64,000 nt of DNA from Scyliorhinus canicula (taxonomy: Eukaryota), in the NCBI RefSeq assembly GCF_902713615.1, contig NC_052158.1, positions 52,980,823 through 53,044,822 on the forward strand, written 5' to 3'. Each line of letters opens with the position of its first letter. Position 1 is the stretch's first letter. Both the position numbers and the translations under genes were made by a program. Below the pieces are notes generated by a model, which was given only the letters and a program-made list of their open reading frames with translations, was not told the DNA's origin and did not search any database. Positions 1 to 10,600 of this stretch are shown here, one piece after another.

Positions 1-231
1 TCCGAGGTCCCACCGGGTCGGACCATATGTAAACCATGCCGGCTGGAGTCGGCCAGACTCGGCGGGCACTCAGCACGCTGAGAGCGGAGAATCGCCGCGG
101 GGGCCGCTTTCAATTTCCAACCAGCGTAGCGTCGACATTGGCGGGCCTGGCGTCGGAGTGGCCTGGGCGTGATTCCCCCCCCCCCCCCGGGCGATTCTCC
201 GACCTGGTGCAGGATCGGAGAATCCTGGCCC
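1..231. mobile_element. End of GC-rich Harbinger-type MITE
   Basis: Ends in GGAGAATCCTGGCCC (217-231), the same terminal motif as the MITE at 13382-14135. Confidence 0.55.
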
Positions 232-264
232 ATATTTTTAGGTAGAAGATATTGTTTAATGAAC

Positions 265-270
265 CATTAA
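265..270 (-). promoter_or_regulatory. Candidate polyadenylation signal (ATTAAA) of the MHC gene
   Basis: Only AATAAA/ATTAAA hexamer I found on the minus strand downstream of the stop; would give a 3' UTR of about 0.6 kb. Confidence 0.3.
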
Positions 271-313
271 TGGACTCCTCGCCCTCCATCAGTTCAAGAG
301 ACAAGATCAAGAT

Positions 314-520
314 CTGACCCGCCGCACCTGTTTTCTGGTGTCCGGGAAAGGAGCGCCCCCCTCGCGCCCCCCCCCCCCCCCCCGCGCCCCTCGCGCCCCC
401 ACCCCCCCCCCCCCCTCCCTCCGCCGGCAGCGGAATCCTTCGTCCTGCCACCCGGAAAATGGTGTTTCCAATTGTGGGCACCCCCACGCCATCGGGAAAT
501 CTGCGGGGTGAGTGTGCTGC
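314..520. mobile_element. GC-rich DNA-transposon/MITE fragment in the putative 3' UTR
   Basis: CpG-rich with poly-C runs and GGAATCC-type motifs like the other GC-rich MITEs here. Confidence 0.35.
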
Positions 521-879
521 CTGCGAAACAGAGGATCGCGCTGATGGAGATTCCAGCCCCATAGCTCTGTTGAGCAAGGAGGAAACAGAGTGGCTGAATG
601 GCCTCCCTGTGGTTTTCTACGCAAGTATATGTGTGCAATAGGAAGGAGCAGCAATGAACAGTGAGCAGCCGTGGCAGAATGAAAGGAGGAGGAGGATACT
701 GTCAGAATTATTCATGTCATTATTGGAGCCTAACACTAGGCATGGAAACTAAGCTTTCACTGAATGAGTAATGGATTCAAGCAGCAAGTCTGTGATGGTC
801 TTGATCTCGTCAGATAACCAGATAACTTGGTTCAGTGTAATTTCAGCCGGTGTTGGACTCCAGTGAGTAACCCCGTACC

Positions 880-926
880 TCAGGCCTGGACTGATGAGTT
901 TGAGGATGATTTTTCTTTCTCAATGG
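880..926 (-). CDS. MHC class I last cytoplasmic exon (coding part)
   Basis: Acceptor atctttccttttcacAG at 927-928; phase-1 reading gives [18 protein letters not shown], a Ser-rich class I-type C-terminus. Confidence 0.87.
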
Positions 927-3900
927 CTGTGAAAAGGAAAGATTTCTGTTAAACAGATGTTTACAACTTGAAAAATGAAATGAAAATCGCTTATTGTCAC
1001 AAGTAGGCTTCAATGAAGTTACTGTGAAAAGCCCCTAGTCGCCACATTCTGGCGCCTGTCGGGGATCGAACCGTGTTGCTGGCCTGCTTTAAAAGCCAGC
1101 GATTTAGCCGAGTGAGCTAAACCAGCCCCTTGTGGGATGTTCTGCTCAGAGTCAGAGACAGTTCTAAACAAAGCTGACAGCAGAACGGTGGCACAGTGGT
1201 TAGCGCCCAGGTTCAATCGTGGCTCTGGGTCACTGTCCGTGCGGTGTTTGCACATTCTCCCCGTGTTTGCATCGCTCTCACCCCCCACAATCCAAAGATG
1301 TGCAGGATAGGTGGAATGGCCTCAGTAAATTGCCCCTTAATTGGGAAATAAAAGAATTGGGTACTCTCAATTTTCTTTTATATAAACAAGGCTGACAGGC
1401 ACAAGTTTGTCTAATAATAATCTTTATTGTCACAAGTAGGCTCACATTAACACTGCAATGAAGATACAGTGAAAAGCCTCGAGTCGCCACATTCTGGCGC
1501 CTGTTCAGGTACACAGAGGCAGAATTCGGAATATCCGAACCACCTAAGCTGCACATCTTTGGACTGTGGGAGGAAACCGGAGCAACGGGAGGAAACCCAA
1601 GCAGACACGGGGAGAATGTGCAGACTCCTCACAGACAGTGACGCAGCGGGGAATCAAACCTGGGACTCTCGAGCTGTGAAGCAACACACTCTGATACTGA
1701 GTTGCCCCTTTACAATTTTTACACTTACCAATTCCTGAACTGTAACCAGCTCTGTTCTTTCCTCCTGCAAAGCACAGAAACAAAAACAAAACATTATTAA
1801 AAACAGCCCCTAAACTGTCCCCCAGTCCATTCACTCCCCCCTCACCCCGCTCGGACCCTCACTGCCACTGCCCCGAATCCCCCACCCCCCCCCCCCCCAG
1901 TACCCTCACTGCAACCAGCCCGACTCCCACCCCCAGTACCCTCACTGCTACCCGCCCCGACTCCCCCCCCCCCCCCCCCCCCCCAGTACCCTCATTGCCA
2001 TCACCCCAACTCTCCCCCACCCCGCTCGGACCCTCACTGCCACTGCCCCAAATCCCCCAACCTCCCAGTACCCTCACTGCCACTGCCCCGAATCCCCCAC
2101 CCCCCCGGTACCCTCACTGCCACCGCCCCGACTCCAACCCGCCCGTACCCTCACTGCCACCGCCCCGACTCCCCCCCTCCTCAGTACCCTCACTGCCACC
2201 GCCCCGAGCCCCCCTCAGTACCCTCACAGCCACCGCCCCGACCCCCCCTCAGTACCCTCACTGCCACCGCCCCGACTCCCCCCCAGTACCCTCACTGCCA
2301 CTGTCCCGACTCCCCCTCCCCCCCCAGTACCCTCACTGCCACCGCCCCGACTCCCCCCTAGTACCTTCACTGCCACCGCCCCGACTCCCCCCCAGTACCC
2401 TCACTGCCACTGTCCCGACTCCCCCTCCCCCCCCAGTACCCTCACTGCCACCGCCCCGACTCCCCCCCAGTACCCTCACTGCCACCGCACCGACTCCCCC
2501 TCCCCCCCCAGTACCCTCACTGCCACCGCCCCGACTCCCCCCTAGTACCTTCACTGCCACCGCCCCGACTCCACCTCTCAGTACCCTCACTGCCACCGAC
2601 CCGACTCCCCCCTCAGTACCCTCACTGCCACCGACCCGACTCCCCCCTCAGTACCCTCACTGCCACCGCCCCGACTCCCCCCCCCCCCTCAGTGCCCTCA
2701 CTGCCACCGACTCGACTCCCCCCCCCCTCAGTGCCCTCACTGCCACCGACCCGACTCCCCCCCCCCCAGGACCCACACTGCCACCGCCCCGACTCCCCCC
2801 CTCAGTACCCTCACTGCCACAGCCCCGACTCCCCCCCTCAGTGCCCTCACTGCCACCGACCCGACTCCCACCCCCCCCCCCCCCCCCCCAGGACTCTCAC
2901 TGCCATCGCCCCGACTCCCCCCTCAGTACCCTCACTGCCACCGACCCGACTCCCCCCTCAGTACCCTCACTGCCACCGCCCCGACTCCCCCCCCCCCCCA
3001 GATCCTCACTGCCACCGCCCCGACCCCCGACCCCACCACCCCAGTGCCCTCACTGCCACCACCGCCCCGAATCTCCGCCCCCCGGACACTCACTGCGACT
3101 GCCCCGGCTCCCCCCCGCCCCCCCCGGATCCTCACTGCCACCGCCCCGACTCCCCCCCCACCCCCCCAGGAACCTCACTGCCACCGCCCCAACTCCCCCA
3201 CCCCCCCAGGAACCTCACTGCCATCGCCCCGAATCACCCACCCCCCCAGGATCCTCACTGCCACCACCCCGACTCCCCCCTCAGTACCCTCACTGCCACC
3301 CCCCGACTCCCCCCCCTTCCCCCCCCACCGTACCCTCACTGCCACCGCCCAGACTCCCCCNNNNNNNNNNNNNNNNNNNNNNNNNNNNNNNNNNNNNNNN
3401 NNNNNNNNNNNNNNNNNNNNNNNNNNNNNNNNNNNNNNNNNNNNNNNNNNNNNNNNNNNNNNNNNNNNNNNNNNNNNNNNNNNNNNNNNNNNNNNNNNNN
3501 NNNNNNNNNNNNNNNNNNNNNNNNNNNNNNNNNNNNNNNNNNNNNNNNNNNNNNNNNNNNNNNNNNNNNNNNNNNNNNNNNNNNNNNNNNNNNNNNNNNN
3601 NNNNNNNNNNNNNNNNNNNNNNNNNNNNNNNNNNNNNNNNNNNNNNNNNNNNNNNNNNNNNNNNNNNNNNNNNNNNNNNNNNNNNNNNNNNNNNNNNNNN
3701 NNNNNNNNNNNNNNNNNNNNNNNNNNNNNNNNNNNNNNNNNNNNNNNNNNNNNNNNNNNNNNNNNNNNNNNNNNNNNNNNNNNNNNNNNNNNNNNNNNNN
3801 NNNNNNNNNNNNNNNNNNNNNNNNNNNNNNNNNNNNNNNNNNNNNNNNNNNNNNNNNNNNAACTCCCCCCGTACCCTCACTGCCACACCCCCGACCACCC

Positions 3901-6900
3901 CCCCCCAGTACCCTCACTGCCAACCCCCAACCTCCCCACCCCCTGGACCCCCCACCCCCTCCCGACTCCCCCCCCATACCCTCACTGCCACCGCCCCGAC
4001 TCCCCCCACCCACAACCGGACCCTCACGGCCACCGCGCCAACTCCCACCCTCCCCATACCCTCACTGCCACACTGCCCCGACACCCCCCAACCCTCACTG
4101 CCACCCCCCCCCTAGTCCCACCCCCCCCCCCCCCCCCCCCCCGGACCCTCACTGCCACCGCCCCGCCCCCCCCTCAGTATCCTCACTGCCACCTCCCCGA
4201 CCCCCCCCCCCCCCCCACCGGACCCTCACTGCCACCGCCCCGACTCCCCACCCCTCAGTATCCTCAATGCCACCTCCCCGACTCCCCCCCTCAGTACCCT
4301 CACTGCCATTGCCCCAACTCCCCCCCCCCAGTACCCTCACTGCCACCGCCCCGACTGCTCCCCCTCAGTACCCTCACTGCCACCGTCCCGACTCCCCCCC
4401 CCCCCCAGTACCCTCACTGCCACCGCCACGAATCTCCGCCCCCCCGGACCCTCACTGCCACAGCCCCGACTCCCCCCCCGTACTCTCACTGCCACCGCCC
4501 CGACTCTTCACCTCAGTACCCTCACTGCCACAGCCCCGACTCCCCCCCCGTACTCTCACTGCCACCGCCCCGACTCCCCCCCAGGACACTCACTGCCACC
4601 GGCCCAACTCCGCCCCCTCAGTACCCTCACTGCCACCGCCCCGACTCCCCCCCCCTCAGGACCCTCACTGCCACCGCCCCGACTCCCCCCCTCCAGGACC
4701 CCACTGCCACCGCCCCGACACCCCCCCCTCAGGACCCTCACTGCCACCACCCCCGACTCCCCCCCCCTCAGGACCCTCACTGCCACCGCCCGACTCCCCC
4801 CTCAGTACCCTCACTGCCACCGCCCCGACTCCCCCCCCCCTCAGTACCCTCACTGCCACCGCCCCGACTCCCCCCCCCAGGACCCTCACTGCCACCGCCC
4901 CGACACCCCCCCCCCCTCAGGACCCTCACTGCCACCACCCCGACTCCCCCCCTCAGGACCCTCACTGCCACCGCCCCGACTCCCCCCCCCCCCCCCCAGT
5001 ACCCTCACTGCCACCGCCCCAACTCTCCACCTACCCCCCCGGACCCTCACTGCCATCGCCCCGACTCCCCCACCCCCCAAGACCCTCACTGCCACCGCCC
5101 CGACTCCCCCCCTTGCACCCTCACTGCCACCGCCCCGACTCCCCGCCCCTCAGTACCCTCACTGCCACCGCCCCGACTCCCCCCCCAGGACCCTTACTGC
5201 CACCGCCCCAACTCCCCCCCCCTCAGTACCCTCACTGCCACCGGCCCGACTCCCCACCCCCAGGACACACTGCCACCGCCTCGACTCCCCGCCCCCCCCT
5301 CAGTACCCACAGTGCCACCGCCCCGAGGGCTTGTCCATAGGGGATGGCTTCTTTAATGTGTTTCGAGTGAAAGCTGGAGAAGTGGAGCATCGTGAGGTTG
5401 TCTGTGGGTTTGCGCCTGGAGATTGGATCCAGACATTCAGAGCACCCTGTGTGTTCTCATCCCACGTAATGCCCGCATTGGAGATCTCTACTGCCTCCTG
5501 AAAATACACAGGGCCAACACACTCTCCGTATACACAGGATCTGCTCAGACGAGGAGGAGCGTAACAGACACCTACAGATGCTGAAAGATGCCCTCATACG
5601 AACGGGATATGGCGCTTGACTCATCGATCGACAGTTCCAACGCGCCACAGCAAAAAACCGCACCGACCTCCTCAGAAGACAAACACGGGACACAACCGAC
5701 AGAGTACCCTTCGTCATCCAGTACTTCCCCGGAGCGGAGAAACTGCAACATCTTCTTCGCAGCCTTCAACACATCATCAATGAAGATGAACATCTTGCCA
5801 AGGTCATCCCCACATCCCCACTACCGGCCTTCAAACAACCGCAAAACCTCAAACAAACCATTGTTTGCAGCAAATTACCCAGCCTTCGGAACAGCGACCA
5901 CGACACCACACAACCCTGCCATGGCAATCTCTGCAAGACATGCCAGATCATCGACTTGGATACCACCATTACACGTGGAAATACCACCCACCAGGTACGC
6001 GGCACATACTCGTGCGACTCGACCCAATGTAGTCTACCTCTTACGCTGTAGGAAAGGATGTCCCGAAGCATGGTACATTGACGAGACCATACAGACACTG
6101 CGACAACGAATGAACGGGCATCGTGCGACAATCACCAGGCAGGAATGTTCCCTTCCAGTCGGGGAACACTTCAGCAGTCAAGGGCATTCAGCCTCTGATC
6201 TCCGGGTAAGCGTTCTCCAAGGTGGTCTTCAGGACACGCGACAACGCAGAATTGCCGAGCAAAAACTTATAGCTAAATTCCGCAGGCATGAGTGCGGCCT
6301 CAACAGGGATCTTGGATTCATAATCGCATTACATCCACCCCCCACCATCTGGCCTGGACTTGCAAAATCCTACCAACTGTTCTGGCTTGAGACAATTTAC
6401 ACCTCTTTAACCTGTGATTATCCCTCTCCCTGGATCTGTAATGATTTGATTACCTGCAAATGCTCGCATTCCAAGCATTGTCCGGCATCTCTGACTTTGT
6501 CTATATAAATGTTTCTGGAACATACCTCCCCATTCACCTGAGGAAGGAGCTGCGCTCCGAAAGCTCGTGTTTGAAACAAACCTGTTGGACTTTAACCTGG
6601 TGTTGTAAGTTTTCTTACTGACCTCTGATCCTGTGAAGGTACTGGTGTTATTCAGCATTCTGAGACATGGGGCAGTCAGTCACTAATTTTTTGACAAGGT
6701 TAAGGTGATTAGCAGAGGCTTGTGAATTTGGCCTGATGTTAAATGAAATGCTCCGATACTGGTTAGTGTGTGGAATAAATAATTTAGCAATACAGAAATG
6801 TCTGTTAGCAGAGGCTGAGCTGGATTACAAACAAGCTTTGTCCTGAAAAAGTGGTGAGCGGAGCATGAGTTACAGGATACTCCAATGGAGGTAATGCCCA

Positions 6901-7601
6901 CACCAGTGCAACTGAGCTAAGGGGCTACCACTGCATAGCCACCCTCAGGAATGACTCCGATACTAAGGAACCCAGGCCCACTTGCAGAACCCCTCCCAAG
7001 CAAGGGGATATTAGGACCAGACAGATGGCAGCCCCTGCAGCTTTTTGCCCAGCAAAATATTGTAGATATTGCCAGAGATTGGAAACAGAGAGGAGAAATA
7101 GAAGCCCAAAACCAATGTTTTGGAGATGTTCACATAGGCCGGGGTAGGAGAATGCACAGACTAGAAGGCCCACCTACCTCCCATGAGGAACAACTAAGTT
7201 ATGTAATGAGGGTTCAGACAAAACCTATTAAATTAACCATAATGCTGAATGGATGCCCCTCATTAATGGAGACTGATACGTGAGCAGCCATATCACTGAT
7301 AGGGGAAAAAGTATTTTAATACAGCTAATACAGTCTCTGCTCAAATACAGCTCTCTGAGAGAGAGAGAACTCGAATACAGCTCTGAGAGAACTCGAATAC
7401 AGCTCTCTGAGCTGTGGTGATATGCATACTAAATACACAAGGGGTTAATGTAAGTACATGTAGACTAGCTAGACACTAAAGGGAGCACCAGAGACATGAC
7501 ACACAGACACTCAACGAATAGGTCAGTAAGACAGGAGACGACCAATGGGCATTCACGATACACACAGAGGTGACACTACCACAGGGGGGCATTACACCAA
7601 C

Positions 7602-7637
<36 letters not shown>

Positions 7638-10600
7638 GACACAACACAAATGATCTTCCTCTTTCCAGTGGAGACACTCAGTGAGTACAGGCACAGGGTT
7701 GATTCAACATCACACCCACCACGTGGATTGTAGCAGATTGGTTCGACAGTCTGTGCAGCTACAGAAGGATTAACAGTCGAGGCGAATCCGAGTAGGAGAA
7801 TTGTAAATAGTTTAATAAATGTGTTAACATTATCTCTACGTCTGAACCTGCCTCTGTCAGAATGAACATTAAAGAAGCAGCTTATGCTACGCCAAGAGCA
7901 TAACAAGACATGGTACCAGTTGAGTGACTGTTTCAATCCATATAGTTACAACTCGGCAAGCAGTGACAACCAGCAACAACAGCCGGGCAAGATGTTTGGG
8001 ATTCCAGTTCCGCAGCAGCTCAGGTACCAAGGCAATCTCAGTGAAAACTGGTGTTGGTTCAGGCAGAGATTCGAGATCTACCTGGTAGCGTCCGGCCTAG
8101 ATGGCGTGGCGGATGTAGAGAAAAGAAAGCTTTGACTCACCATCCCGGTCCAGAAGCAGCTGAAATCTTCCAGACCTTCAAATACTCAAAGGGGCAAAAC
8201 AAGAGCGATTTCCAGGCAATCCTGGACAAAACAATTCTGCGAGGAGAATACAAGAAAAAACTGTAAAAGAAGCACCAAAACTCACCACGAGGTAGGCTTG
8301 CAGCAAAAATCTGCCGTTTTGAATTGCAGCCATCTTGATAAAGTGCTGCACATGCGCAGTGGAGAAAAAGGCCCCAAGTAAAGGAACAGTGATCTGAGCA
8401 TGCCCAATCGCTTCCTACAACCTACGTCACATGCTTTGTGATGTCAGGCCCCAGGCCACGCCCACAACAAGAAGAAATTTTTAACGCCGTAAAACCTGAT
8501 TCTTTCACCTGGAACGACAGCACAATGCCTGAATTTCGACCAGTAGCTGAAAGTAACCTCCGCAGAACCCTGCAACAAGCAGTTAGCACCACCCAAAGAG
8601 ATGATACAGTCCTTGAAGACTATGACTCAGACCTTGAGTTCTTCTTTGGACATCGCGAGCCCAGTGCCAGCTCTGACACAACGTGGTGATATGGTCTTAG
8701 AAGACTATGACTCAGACAAAGGTTTTTTCATTAGAGATGGTGACCCCAGCACCAAATCCAAACCGCAACGAGATGTGTTCTACAGTGAAGAATCCAACAC
8801 AGACGCGATGCGTTCTTCAGATTTGAGGATCTTTAGCCCAGCATATGACATCCCGACTCGTGAGTGCAGGATTATGCTGCGGCCTGACACCAAGAGACAG
8901 AGAGCGGTACAAGCTCACAGAGAGCGGCCTGCTGCCACAGAGAGTGGTCCACGCACCCATAAGGGTTTCCGACTCCACACAGCGAGTGGTCCATGCAACA
9001 CAAAGGGTCCCAGCCTCTACACAGGAAGCGATGCAAGACTCCACACCACAGTCCTTGCATGAACAAGAAATGACTCGAGTGACACAAACCTCCACAGCGA
9101 GCACATGGACAGCCTCCACAATAGAAGCTGCGCAAGACTCCGAAGCGCAGTCCTTGCATGAACAAAACCATGAGGATCTAGCAACCTCCTCTGAGCAACC
9201 AGCAGCAGACGATGCAAGTCTGCCATGCTCAAGTGAACAACAAAGCGACTGTGACAGTCCACCCACATTGTTTCAGCCACCAGAAGAAGACTCTGACAGT
9301 CGACCCAGCTCAAGTGAACAACAGCTACTGAGGCTCTACCTCTGAGCGAGAGAACTCGAATACAGCTCTCTGAGCGAGTGTTCTTGGGTTTGGATTACAT
9401 GGATAGGGTGGGGTGGATTTAAGTAGGGTGCTCTTTCCAAGGCCCAGTGCAGACTTGATGGGCCAAATGGCCTCCTTCTGCACTGTAAATTCTATGAATT
9501 TGAATACTTCTCTCTGACTAACGTGCTCTTTTACTTTAACGGGCACCGCTATAACATTTGAAGCTATCCCTATCCGAGAATGAATGACCCTGTCCTCATT
9601 TCCTACCCCTCTCCTTCCACACAACCCGTGAGTGAGTGAGTGACTGTCCTCATTTCCTACCTCTCTCCTTCCACACAACCCGAGAGTGAGTGAGTGACTG
9701 TCCTCATTTCCTACCCCTCTCCTTCCACACAACCCGTGAGTGAGTGAGTGACTGTCCTCATTTCCTACCTTTCTCCTTCCACATAGCCACACCAATAGCC
9801 ACAGCAATCAGAGCGCCGACAGCAACAACAATTCCAATAATCAAACCGAGATTTGTTCCCTCTGGAGATCTCGGAGTCCCTCGGAATGTTCCGTCTGTGG
9901 GGGAATGAGGAGAAGATAATGAATACCCACAGTCTCTGCTCATTCAGAAACAATTGTTTCTAAGCTCTGTCCCACAGTGAGAAAATGCTGGAAAATCTCA
10001 GCAGGTCTGGCAGCATCTGTAGGGAGAAAGAGTTAACATTTCGAGTCCAGATGACTTTGAAGTGGGAAATATTTATAATGAGAATGAAAGATGAGTCATA
10101 GCCGCAGAAACGCAGGGAAACAGGGTGCTAATACAGTAGTCCCCCGTTATACCGCGCTCCGCAATATACGGCGGGGGAGCTTATGGACCCCAACTGTCAG
10201 CTTCCCTCTCCGGATTAAAGTGAGCCGGCCGCTGAAATTGACACTGCCGGCTGAAATTGACACTGCCGGCTGCTCCTCTCTCACTGAGATTCAGTGAGAG
10301 AGGAGCAGCTCACACAGCCTTGCCTTTGAAACTGACATGCAGCGCAGGGTGCAAGCGCGTGCGGCAGATTGGGTGCAGACAGCAAGACCTTGTAAGTTCC
10401 TGGTAAGTTTCTGTGGGTTGTTTTAATTAGATCCACGATGGGGGTTTTAAATTTATTTAAAAATCTATGCATGCGCTTTCCATTGTGAGTCTACGGGGAT
10501 CTGACCTCTCCCCCCGCCCCCCGTAGACTCACAATGGGGACCGCACACTAAGGGCCCTGTCCACAACTGTAGGTGGGAAATCACGGATGAGGAAGAAGGA

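Noticed and set aside
832-852. Similarity of 3' UTR CCGGCTGAAATT-ACACTG to the 22-bp repeat at about 10230-10270
   Set aside because: About 18 nt only, flanks unrelated; compatible with chance.
1995-5356. Pro-rich 700-880 aa ORFs resembling extensins or mucins
   Set aside because: Translations of the C-rich minisatellite running through N; all frames open; antisense to the MHC intron.
8601-9345. Ser/Thr/Gln-rich ORFs as a host gene
   Set aside because: Low-complexity, internally duplicated region downstream of Gypsy gag within the LTR element.
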